Source: Narcine bancroftii
Taxonomy: Eukaryota
Reading direction: 5' to 3'
NCBI RefSeq assembly: GCF_036971445.1
Contig: NC_091474.1
Coordinates: 14,012,001-14,076,000 of the forward strand
Length of the DNA: 64,000 nt
The notes under the pieces were generated by a model. It was given only the letters and a program-made list of their open reading frames with translations. It did not search any database and had not been told where the DNA came from. Made by a program: the position numbers and the translations under genes. Positions 37,992 to 49,687 of the stretch are shown here, one piece after another; the stretch's first letter is position 1, and every line of letters begins with the position of its first letter.

Positions 37992-38372
37992 CAGGGGTGG
38001 GTAACTTTTTTTTAAAAAAAAATCACATTCCACCTTAAGTATTCCCTGTGGTATAAGTCCTCTGTGATTAGTAAGGGATTGCTTAAGGTGGAATGTGAGT
38101 GGAAAGAAAAAGATTTGAAAACCACTGTTATAATCATACCTAATTGACTTGTTATGTGCACAGTTTCATAACTCCAAAGGAAATGGGCCAATGACAATTT
38201 TTCTCAAGCAAAATATTTCAGTAACAACTGGGTTTAGAGCAATGGTTCTCTAGACCTTCCTTTCCCGCCCACATACCACCTTAAGCAATCCCTTACTAAT
38301 TGCAGAGCACTTATGGCATAGGGAAAACTTAAGGTGGAATTTAAGTTTAAAAAAAAAGGGTTCCCACCCCTG
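37992..38372. mobile_element. hAT (Charlie-like) compound MITE, copy 1
   Basis: TIRs caggggtggg / cccacccctg and 8-bp TSD gtatagaa / gtgtagaa (37984-37991, 38373-38380). Confidence 0.88.
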
Positions 38373-39956
38373 GTGTAGAACATGTTTATGAGTTGGAGAA
38401 TGTTGAGGTTAAGAAAGAGGAAATGTTGAAAAAACATTAGGACTGATAAGTCCCCAGGATCTGATGAGATGTACCCCAGGTTACTATAGGAAGCAAAGGA
38501 AGAGATTACTATGAAGGTTTGGGAGGACTGAAAAATGGTAAATGTGGTTCCCTTGTTTAAAAAAAGGTAATAGGGAGAATCCTGGGAATTAGAGACCAAT
38601 GTGTCCTACTTCAATGGTGGGCAAACCATTGGAGAGGATCCTTGGGGTCAGGATTTGAGAACATTTAGAGAAGTATAGTCTTCTCATGGATAGTTACCAT
38701 GGCCTTTGATGGGTAGGTCATGCCTCATGATTGTAACTGAGATTTTTGAGGAAGTTACAAATGAAATTGATGATGATAGGGTGGTTGATGTGGTGTATAT
38801 GGATTTTAATAAGGCATTAGTCAGGGTCCCTCATATTAAACTCATTCAGAAAGTCATGAGCCATGGGATCCATGAAGCCTTAGCTGTGTGAATTCATAAA
38901 TGGCTTGACTGTAGAAAGCAGAGGCTAGTAATAGGTGGAACATATTCTGCATGGAGGTCAGTGACGAGGAGTTCTCTAGGGATCTGTTCTGGGATCCCTG
39001 GTCTTTCTGAATTTTATTAATGACTGAGACAAAGAGGTAGAGGGATGGCAGATGACATGAAGTTTGGAGGTGTTGTGGATAGTGTAGAAAATTGTCATTG
39101 GTTGCAAAAGGATATAGATAGGATTGAGAGTTGGGCAGATGGGGTACAATCTGGATAAGTCTGAAATGATGCATTTTGAATGGCCAACCTCGAGGCAGAG
39201 TACTTGGTTAATAGCAGGATTCTAACAGTGTGGAAGAAAGAGAACCTTATGGTCCAAATCTACACATCTCTCCAGGTTGCTCTGCAGGTTGATAGGATAG
39301 TTAAGAAGCCTTAGAGTATGCTGGCCTTCATTAGTGAGGGGATTGAGTTGAAGAGTCATAAGGTAATGTTGTAGCTCTACAAAATACAGTTTAGACCACA
39401 GTTGGAATATTGTGTTCAGTTCTGGTTCCCCTCTTACAAGAAGAATGTGGAAGCTATGGGAAGAGTGCTGAACAGATTTACCAGGATGTTGCCTGAATTG
39501 GAAATTGTGTCTTATGAGCCAAGGTTGACAGAGCTGGTGATTTTCTCTTTGAAATTGAGAAGGATAGGAGGTGACTTAAAAGAGGTCTACAGGATTATAA
39601 GAGGCATAGATAAGATAGACAGCCAACAATTTTTTCCCCAGGGTGAGATGAGCAAACACCAGAGGACATCTGCACAAGGTGGTGAGAGGAAAGTGTGGGA
39701 GAGGCATCAGAGGAAGGATTTTTACACAGCGAGTAGTGAGTGCCTGGAAAGCAATGGCAGGGGAAGTGGTGGAGGCTGGCACAATGAGAACATTTTAAAG
39801 ATCTTAGACAGGCACATGATGGAAAAAAATATAGGGTTATGGATGTGAGAGAGGGAAGGTTTTGTTGGTTGAGTGGGTTTCTGTTGGTAGGCACATCATC
39901 ATGGGCTGAAGGGCCCTGTACTGCACTCTAAATTTCTATGTTCTATGTTCCTTACC

Positions 39957-40878
39957 TTTCTTTTCTTCTCTCTCTTTGGCTTGGCTTCGCGGACGAAGAT
40001 TTACGGAGGGGTAATGTCCACGTCAGCCGCAGGCTCGTTTGTGGCTGACAAGTCTGATGCGGGACAGGCAGACACGGTTGCAGCGGTTGCAAGGGAAAAT
40101 TGGTTGGTTGGGGTTGGGTGTTGGGTTTTTCCTCCTTTGCCTTTTGTCAGTGAGGTGGGCTCTGCGGTCTTCTTCAAAGGAGGTTGCTGCCCGCCGAACT
40201 GTGAGGCGCCAAGATGCACGGTTTGAGGCGATATCAGCCCACTGGCGGTGGTCAATGTGGCAGGCACCAAGAGATTTCTTTAGGCAGTCCTTGTACCTCT
40301 TCTTTGGTGCACCTCTGTCTCAGTGGCCAGTGGAGAGCTCGCCATGTAACACGATCTTGGGAAGGCGATGGTCCTCCATTCTGGAGACATGACCTACCCA
40401 ACGCAGTTGGATCTTCAGCAGCGTGGTTTCGATGCTGTCGGCCTCTGCCATCTCAAGTACTTTTATGTTGGTGATGAAGTCGCTCCAATGAATGTTGAGG
40501 ATGGAGCGGAGACAACGCTGGTAGAAGCGTTCTAGGAGCCGTAGGTGATGCCGGTAGAGGACCCATGATTTGGAGCCGAACAGGAGTGTGGGTATGACAA
40601 CGATTCTGTATATGCTAATCTTTGTGAGGTTTTTCAGTTGGTTGTTTTTCCAGACTCTTTTGTGTAGTCTTCCAAAGGTGCTATTTGCCTTGGCGAGTCT
40701 GTTGTCTATCTCGTTGTCGATCCTTGCATCCGATGAAATGGTGCAGCCGAGATAGGTAAACTGGTTGACCGTTTTGAGTTCAATGTGCCCGATGGAGATG
40801 TGGGGGGGCTGGTAGTCATGGTGGGGAGCTGGCTGATGGAGGACCTCAGTTTTCTTCAGGCTGACTTCCAGGCCAAAC
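39957..40878 (-). mobile_element. RTE LINE, 5'-truncated, copy 4
   Basis: Reverse complement of copy 5 from gtttggcctggaagtcagcc to the AG-rich tail. It sits right at the CR1 3' tail. Confidence 0.96.
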
Positions 40879-42469
40879 TTGAGTAAAGGTATTCTAAAAA
40901 CATTAAATATTTATAAGGTGAAATTTCAAAAGCAATAAGGACAATAATGATGTAAGTTTTTTTTGTATGTAAACTATGAAGACACCCTTGGAAAAGAAAA
41001 AGGAAAATAATATTAAATGGTCCATCTGGTGGCTAATCTAGAAGAGCAGCAGGGTTACATCGGAATTGCTAGCAGATACTTATGAACCTGCTCATTCATG
41101 TTGAATATGGAAATACCATTCAGAGACAACAAATTATTTGTTTTTTTCATATCTCCCTATCTTGGCGCAGAATCGTCAACATACGTCAAGTTCAGCTAAG
41201 CATATGTTGTTCGAACAACTCAGAGAATTTAATGTCTCAAGGCCACCTGTACCAGATGGAACAGCAGGCAAGGAACAAAATGGTAATGCGCTACTTTGAA
41301 GAAGCAAATCTCACAAGATAACAAGATGATGGACAAAATTTGATTGAATTCTGAAAGATATTTGGTAACATTCCATCTCTAAGCCTTTTAAACAACATTT
41401 GGATCCATGAAACTCGAAGCGTATTAAGTAACTGTATAAAACCTGGGTCCACAATGGAAAACAGAGGCTGATAATAAATCAGCTTGAAATTCTATCCAAA
41501 GGGTGTTGGATATTGAAGCCCTATTAAAATTGATTTTGGGTTCTGGGCTGTTGGCACGAACAATGCAAACATATTGAGGCTGACAGGATGATGTGTGGTC
41601 AAGTGATGGATCAGAAGACAATGATTGCATTCAAAGGAGCCTGGATCAATTAGGTTGATGTCAAAATGAAAAGGCTATTGATTTTAATGCAGATGAATGA
41701 AAAGTGACCATCTAAGAACATGGAAGAGTAAACTACAATAGACGAGTCAAGGATATACACTATTGCAGAAGGGGCTTTGGTATGATAATTGATTCTTGAA
41801 GCAACTCAATCATTCTGAGGCTGTTACCATCAAGGCATACCAAGTAATTGAAAGAACATGATTATTGCTGTATCAAATAACATGGATTATCAGCAATGCC
41901 ACATTTGGAATTTTGTGCTTTGTTATCAACCCAAACGAATGAACAATTTTAACAAGACAACAAAACATTCTAAATACTTTTGGAGGGAGATGACTGAAGG
42001 CAGTGAAAATTACAATTTTTTTTTAGATATTAGAGCCGTCAGAGCAAACAGAACACGTCTCAGGAATCTGTAATTGTAAATTGGCCTTCCATCTGAAAAA
42101 GAAAGCTTTTAAGCAAATGGTTAATCCAGTCGAGGCCAGAATAGTTTCATACTGAGAACTCAAACTGACATGAAATCTGCCCCTGGTTTGTGTGTGTATT
42201 TTTTTGTAAATGTAAATCATTTCAGAATTTACAATTCACAATGCTTACAAAGCCAAGTTTGTGTCAGAAAATGTCCACTTTCAGATTTAATGCTGTATAA
42301 ATATCAAGCTTTGGTTATAATTTCCCTGAGTCCTGTAATTATTTGGGTTTTACTTAGAATCAGGAATCGTATGACTCAAGTAAAATTCCTGTTTCTTAAC
42401 TTCATAGATACTTTTCTCTTTCAACTTTATTCTTAATAAAAGGGTCCTAAGCAATCAACTTAATAAGAC

Positions 42470-42620
42470 TAAAATTTGAAAGTCTGCAGACACCATGATT
42501 AAAGTAAAAACACAAAGTTGGGGAAACTCAACAAGACAAACAGTGAACTTTTACAGCAAAGATAAAGATACAACCAACATTTTGGGCTTGAGTCCTCCAT
42601 CAGGGTTTGAGCAGATGCCC
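42470..42620 (-). mobile_element. Penelope-like terminal fragment
   Basis: Reverse complement reads ccctgatggaggactcaagcccaaaatgttggttgtatctttatctttgc, the same terminus as 8455-8560. Confidence 0.7.
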
Positions 42621-44749
42621 AAACAATCTTATTTTGTATTTAAAAAATATTTTTAATGTTTAAAAATGTTTACATTTTTATTTTTAACTTTTAAATCATT
42701 TATTTTTAAATCAACAATGGATTTTTATCATTCCCTTCCATTGTTAATATATTCTTACAACTAATATAAGCTGTCTCCCTTTTATATCAGCTCAACATCT
42801 CGTTTTAAAATAGACTGGAATTTGTTGGGACAACCAAGCTGAATCCAAATTCAGTGCTGCCATCTTTAGCACTTTGATTATGCTGACTACCATCAGGAGC
42901 GTGGTGCTCAGACTGATTCAGGGATGGATCTCAATCAAGTGGCAGGAGGTCGGATTCCTTGGGAGAGTTCACCTGCTGCACCATATTATTTTTAAAGCCA
43001 CCGAAGGTAAATTATTTAGTGTGTGAAAGTGAAGCGTTTTGAAACCTTTAACGTCCACCCATACTTGCCTTTCTTGCTGCATTTCATTTAAATTTAAACA
43101 TTTTGTTTTTATTCTCAAAAGGCATATCCATTTCAAATGTTTTCTTGCATCTATACTTTTGAAAAGAGTGTGTGTTTTGAAGACAAACAAAAATCATCTG
43201 AAACCAGAAAATAGAAGGTTGATAATTTAACATAAATTTGCCTTTGACTTTTTGAAGATTGAATTCCTGCAGGTGCTAAGAGAAATAAATGGAAATAGAA
43301 AATAAAATTGTTTACAGCTGATTGTGCCCTCAACTGCAGTTCAAATTCTTTTTTCATAAATGCCTTTCATTATCATTGACGAAAGAACTGTTAATGACAA
43401 AGTATACATAGAAAAGGTTAAGTGTGGATTTTCTCCAGATTTTCCTGTTGCTGGCCAATGCCCAAACATATTTATTGTCAATAGCCAACAGTTACTTGAT
43501 TCAGAAGATTGATCTTGCTCAGCCCAGAATAGAGTGATGAACCCCGAGTAATAGCAGAGCTGAATAAAGTAATGCGGTGATTTGGACACGAAGCTCCTTG
43601 GTACCTTTGATAACAGGAAAAGCCTCGCCATCAATTTTGTTTGCTGCCAAAGTTCTCAGCATTTTTATTTCTCTCACTTTCAAATACCATGAACAATTAG
43701 TCTTTCACAATTACATGACATTCACAATAAAAGATTTTATTTACAATTTCTGGGTTGTCGGTGATAAAATAGTATCTTTAGATTTTGACAACCTCTTTCT
43801 CACCTTGACAATTTTTGTTGCATTTTGACAAAGCAGGAATCATTTGATCCAAGTCTGTGAAATAATAAATCAACAGATTGAAATTTGAAAAAGTTCTGCA
43901 ATTGTCACTGCCCTTATTGAGCAGCATGGACAATGGAAAGTACAGAACTCAGAGATTCTTCAAAATTTAAAAAGATCGGCCTGAATGCATGAAACAGAAT
44001 AATGGGGCAGGCTCAAGCTAAGTGAAATTAACTTGAGCCGGAGAATGTTTAAATTTCCAATTATTGATAAGATTTTAAAGCTAGCATTGGAACTAATATT
44101 TCCATTCAGCTAAAATGTTAGGTTTAAATAATAGGAATAATTTTATATTTGCATGTAAAAGACACCCCCTTTTATTTAAATGCATCATCTAAAAGAAGCA
44201 ATGTGATATAAAATCATAAAGATTGAAGTAAAAATTTGTAATTTTGAAAAATACAGAAAACTCAGCATTTTCTGTGCCTTGCATTTATAACAGCCAATGG
44301 AGACTAAAGTTATTGCAATCCAATGTGTCGTCATGGATGTGGTGAAATATCATATTGGCTAGAAAATTCAGCTGAGCATTATTCATTGCCTGATTTTATT
44401 TTCATCTTTGGCCTCTGTCGGACTCTGCTCAGAAATTATGGGGCCCCTTCCGCGTGAAGCAGTCAAGGTTTGGTTTCTTCCACACTTCTCTCCTGCTGAC
44501 TGCACAAACAACTTTTTAAAATATTTATGTAGCTTGGGGTGAAAAGGCTTTTTCTTAAATGTGCTGTGCCTTCCAGTGGGCCATAAGGCCCCCATTAAGA
44601 ATGGCTGTTCTAGGTGATGATCATTGTTCAAATTGGCTTCTTTGTGTGCGTACATGTCTGTCGAATGCATCACGTGGACAATTATATGAGGAAGGGAGCA
44701 ATCACATATGAAAGTTAATTGAATGTCAGCACTGTCACTTTGGATCTCA

Positions 44750-44938
44750 TTGACAAACCTCAGTAAATATATTTAAGATAAGGTTGGATAGATTTTTACA
44801 TAGTAATGGAATTAAGGGATTATGGGAAAAAGGCAGGTGGGTAGAGATGAGCCTATCATCAGATCAGCCATGATCTCTTTGAATGGTGGAGCAGGCTTGA
44901 TGGGCCAGATGATCTTCTCTTGCTCCTATTTCTTATGT
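44750..44938 (+). mobile_element. CR1 3' end
   Basis: aggttggatagatttttac..gatcagccatgatctc..gctcctatttcttatg is the inverse of 45737-45920. Confidence 0.8.
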
Positions 44939-45399
44939 TGCTCCACAGCCTTGGTAAGGATCTATAGCCTTGCTGAAGACAAGAGATGACTTGGTGGGTT
45001 TGCTTGTCCTTCCTTTTGCTGTTACTGAATGACCATTCATAGAAATCCAAAGTTCTCCATGTCTTGTTGTATGTTCCTGATGCATTTTGAGTAATCAAGG
45101 ATCTGGGATTCTCATGAGCTACATGATGTGATATTCATTCAAGGAGACTTTAATAATGTATTCAAAATATTTTCAGTGTTCTCCTGAGGAATATCACTTT
45201 GCTTCAAAGTTTAAAGTAAAATGCAAGTTCCAGAAAGTTAGTGTCAGGCAGTTGAATGCTGTTTCTTGCCCACTTAAGCTATTGAGCTTGGCAGCCTCTA
45301 CACTGGGAATGCCAGAAATACTTCATCATGCTATGATACTTCCGCAGGAAATTTGTCTTCTTTCAAGGTCATATTGATTTTCAGTCATTGCATGGTCTT

Positions 45400-45720
45400 T
45401 CCAAACTCCTACCAGGTTGTGGTGTAAAAAAACTGTGTCAAATACTACACTGTGAAATGGAGGCTTTGACACTTGCATCGACTCTTGGTCGAGAAGATCT
45501 TCAAAGTGCTGCTTCCGTGAGATACTGACTTCCTCGATCCTTGACAAACTCTCTTGAATTCTTTGGCTTTGTGGAGGTGGTGAGTTTTTTTTTGCTCTCC
45601 CATAGGTAGCACTAAAGAATTCACATAGCTTGTGGTTATTGGCTAACTGCTACATTCTGTTCTCACTATTGGCCACACAGTGGTTTTACCGACATCAGTT
45701 ATGCCACATTATTGGTTCAG
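45400..45720 (-). mobile_element. Old RTE ORF2 remnant
   Basis: Minus frame SRKQHFEDLL resembles the RTE motif RWxEHFxxLL. Heavily decayed. Confidence 0.45.
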
Positions 45721-45736
45721 TAGAGCAATATTGAGT

Positions 45737-46668
45737 ACATAAGAACATAAGAAATAGGAGCAGGAGTAGGCCATCTGGCCCATTGAGCTGGCTCCATTCG
45801 ATGAGATCATGGCTGATCTGATGATAGGTTCATCTCCACCCATCTGTATTTTGCCCATATCCCTTAATTCCCTGACTACGTAAAAATCTATCCAACCTTG
45901 TCTTATATATGTTCACAGAGGTAGCCTCCACTGCTTCAGTGGGCAGTGAATTCCACAGATTTACCACCCTCTGGGAAAAGTAGTTCCTCCCCATCTCTGT
46001 CCTAAATCTGCAACCCTGAATCTTGAGGCTATGAACTATGTTCTCCTCTCCCCCATCTGCTGTTCCTATTTCTTATGTTCTTATGTACTCAATATTGCTC
46101 TACTGAACCAATAATGTGTCATAACTGATGTTGGCCAATAGTGAGAACAGAATGTAGCAGTTAGCCAATAACAACAAAATTTAGCTACCTCTGCCTTTCA
46201 TAATTTTATACATTTCTATATAGATCCCCTCTTCTAAATTTCAGCGAGTACAGCCAGATGACTCAATCTCTCTTCATTGGCTAACTTCTTCATCTGTGGA
46301 ATCAACCTGGTGAACCTCCTCTGGGCTGTCTCCAAAGCCAGTACATTCTTCCTCAAGGAGACCAGAACTGCATGCTGTACTCCAGATGTAGCCGCACCAG
46401 AACTGTGTACTGTACAGTTGTAGCATTACCTCCCTGCTCCTAAATTCAATCCCTCCAGCAATGAAAGCTCACATTCCATTCGCCTTCTAGGTAGCCTGCT
46501 ACAACTGCAAACCAATCTTTTGCAATTCATGCACAAGCATTCCCAAGTCCTTTGGCATGGCAGCATGCTGCAATCGCTAACCATTTAAATAATAATCTGA
46601 TCTTCCATTTTTCCTTCCAAAGTGGATAACCTTACATTAACAAACATTGTACTGCATCTGCCAGACAC
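45737..46668 (-). mobile_element. CR1 3' portion (same family as 1-4575)
   Basis: Tail acataagaacataagaaataggagcagg. 46190-46668 aligns by eye with 70-370 plus 1013-1190. Confidence 0.9.
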
Positions 46669-48186
46669 CTTATTCAGACTTTATTAGAACTACTGGGAGC
46701 AATGGGACAGGAATTCAGAGTTTGTTTTGACGTCAATGCCATTGCAATATTCAGCTGCTCCAAGACTTTGGTGCTTTAGAAACTGGACCACATATAATGA
46801 CTGCAATACTTCCTCCCTCCAGAATTTGCAATCGCTCCCAAGTTGCCTTTTTAAGAGGCGTAGGATGGCTTTAAGTCATACTGGAGATTCACAAAATTGG
46901 GCCCCTTGCTGAGTTATTAATCAACTTCACAGCAATCATCTGGATTCTGGCTGGATACCACAACTGTGTTAATGAGCAGGCAGCAGGAAGTTCGGGCTGT
47001 CTGCACTGGATCAATTGTCCAGGGTTAATAAACACATTGCAATCATTGCTTCATCTAATTTAATTCCCATAATGTTTGGCAGCAAAGTATAACGTGTTCA
47101 GATCATTAAAATTTACAGTACAGAACCTTTCATTGTACTAAATCTGTACTAATATAAGGTTTGTTCAAGTCACCTTATAATTAAATGTGGTTTATCGTCA
47201 AAAATAGCTCCCTTTGTGGACAATTTGAATGGGAATGTGATTCATTCATAAAGTGAATATGTTGAAATTTTCCTTTATTTTTCCTTGCTGCTGGAGTTGA
47301 AATGCAAATAATTGTCAGGAAGAACACTTTATTGTCATTGGTCCACTGTCTCTGTGAGCTTACACACCTCAAAAGTCCATTAAGGCCAAGGTCAAGGCAG
47401 TTAGTACTTCTACAATACCTGATCGATGGTGCAGTACTAGTTGTGTACACATGAATTAATTAATTTCAGAACAGCCACCAAATTTTGACAGAAAAAAACT
47501 TGATTAATCAAAGGAAGGCAAGAAGGAAGCAGATGTGTAACAGAACTTTGGTTAAACTTCCAGAACAAAGAATACATCAATCATTTAATTATCATCAATC
47601 ATTTGCCCTGAAACTGAGACATTCTTCTCATAATCTGATCAGATCCCAAATTGGGTATTTATCATTCAGATGTTTTGTGAACGTGTTTTTGTTTTCAGGA
47701 TCTTGAAAACAAAATCCTAAATTGTCCTTGAGAAGGTGTGGTGAACCATCTTGTTAAGTCTGTTGGGTTGGGAGTTCCAGGTTTTGGATCCAGCAGTCGT
47801 GAAGGGACAGCAATATGTTTCCAAATCAGGATGGTTGAAGAGGAATGCGCAAGTATTTCCAAGCAGTGGAAGTCCTTTTCATTTTGGAAGTGTTGTTGGA
47901 TTCACCTCACAACCAACAACAGTGTATTCTGGAAATGGTGCACCAGTAGTTTACATTGGTGAAAGGGTTATCATACAAGTGGGATGATTTATCCTGAATG
48001 GTGTTGAATTTATTTTGGTGCTGCTCTCATCTCAGTCAGTTGATAGTACTTTATTCCACTCTAGACTTTGTACTTTGTACATGGTGGAAATGCTTTAGGA
48101 TTTCAATTGGTGAGATACCCTGCCTTCGACTTTCCTTTGTAGTGCAATATTTGTGCTACAAATAGAGTGATCCTACAGCACATAAA

Positions 48187-49628
48187 AGGTGATGTAGAGT
48201 CCTTTGTTTTGTTCTCTACACTTTTCTTGGAGCTGTCTGAGGGCAAAGACCATGTCAGTGGTCACCTTTGTTGACCTCACCAAAGCCTTCGACACCGTGA
48301 GCAGGAAAGGGCTTTGGCAAATACTAGAGCGCATCGGATGTCCCCCAAAGTTCCTCAACATGATTATCCAACTGCACGAAAACCAACAAGGTCGGGTCAG
48401 ATACAGCAATGAGCTCTCTGAACCCTTCTCCATTAACAATGGCGTGAAGCAAGGCTGTGTTCTCGCACCAACCCTCTTTTCAATCTTCTTCAGCATGATG
48501 CTGAACCAAGCCATGAAAGACCCCAACAATGAAGACGCTGTTTACATCCGGTACCGCACGGATGGCAGTCTCTTCAATCTGAGGCGCCTGCAAGCTCACA
48601 CCAAGACACAAGAGAAACTTGTCCGTGAACTACTCTTTGCAGATGATGCCGCTTTAGTTGCCCATTCAGAGCCAGCTCTTCAGCGCTTGACGTCCTGCTT
48701 TGCGGAAACTGCCAAAATGTTTGGCCTGGAAGTCAGCCTGAAGAAAACTGAGGTCCTCCATCAGCCAGCTCCCCACCATGACTACCAGCCCCCCCACATC
48801 TCCATCGGGCACACAAAACTCAAAACGGTCAACCAGTTTACCTATCTCGGCTGCACCATTTCATCAGATGCAAGGATCGACAATGAGATAGACAACAGAC
48901 TCGCCAAGGCAAATAGCGCCTTTGGAAGACTACACAAAAGAGTCTGGAAAAACAACCAACTGAAAAACCTCACAAAGATAAGCGTATACAGAGCCGTTGT
49001 CATACCCACACTCCTGTTCGGCTCCGAATCATGGGTCCTCTACCGGCACCACCTACGGCTCCTAGAACGCTTCCACCAGCGTTGTCTCCGCTCCATCCTC
49101 AACATCCATTGGAGCGCTCACACCCCTAACGTCGAGGTACTCGAGATGGCAGAGGTCGACAGCATCGAGTCCACGCTGCTGAAGATCCAGCTGCGCTGGA
49201 TGGGTCACGTCTCCAGAATGGAGGACCATCGCCTTCCCAAGATCGTATTATATGGCGAGCTCTCCACTGGCCACCGTGACAGAGGTGCACCAAAGAAAAG
49301 GTACAAGGACTGCCTAAAGAAATCTCTTGGTGCCTGCCACATTGACCACCGCCAGTGGGCTGATAACGCCTCAAACCGTGCATCTTGGCGCCTCACAGTT
49401 TGGCGGGCAGCAGCCTCCTTTGAAGAAGACCGCAGAGCCCACCTCACTGACAAAAGGCAAAGGAGGAAAAACCCAACACCCAACCCCAACCAACCAATTT
49501 TCCCTTGCAACCGCTGCAATCGTGTCTGCCTGTCCCGCATCGGACTGGTCAGCCACAAACGAGCCTGCAGCTGACGTGGACTTTTTACCCCCTCCATAAA
49601 TCTTCGTCCGCGAAGCCAAGCCAAGCCA
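48187..49628 (+). mobile_element. RTE LINE copy 5 with 5' inversion and 12-bp TSD
   Basis: TSD ACAGCACATAAA at 48175-48186 and 49629-49640. ~48185-48262 is inverted ORF2 (minus strand TDMVFALRQLQEKCREQNKGLYITF). The tail is (ccaag)n. Confidence 0.97.
48260..49574 (+). pseudogene. 5'-truncated but uninterrupted RTE ORF2: RT domain to C-terminal Cys/His finger
   Basis: FVDLTKAFDTV, GVKQGCVLAPTLF, LLFADD, FTYLG and FPCNRCNRVCLSRIGLVSHKRAC*. There are no stops over ~437 codons. The ORF-track start at 48204 lies in the inverted piece. Confidence 0.93.
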
Positions 49629-49687
49629 ACAGCACATAAAGAGCCTTTTCAGCCCACTGACTCGAAACTGACAATAAAGCACCTACT

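Larger units (their letters stand above)
34612..39950 (+). mobile_element. Near full-length decayed CR1 (duplicated ORF1 esterase, ORF2 APE-RT, 3' tail) with two nested DNA transposons
   Basis: ORF1 SGNH-like IVRGTDRRFC..LPGARIRNI..DVVVHV, APE LSARSIWNKGDE..YDVVTFTET, RT GRSCL..EEVT..VDVVYMDFNKA and LEYCVQFW. Tail ttctatgttctatgttc. Confidence 0.93.

Noticed and set aside
41017-41035. CTCF-like motif (minus strand ccaccagatggacc)
   Set aside because: A single imperfect motif match with no supporting evidence, so it is not distinguishable from chance.
48173-48529. 118-aa minus-strand ORF containing RT-like text
   Set aside because: A chimaera of antisense RTE sequence and the inverted 5' piece, explained by twin priming.
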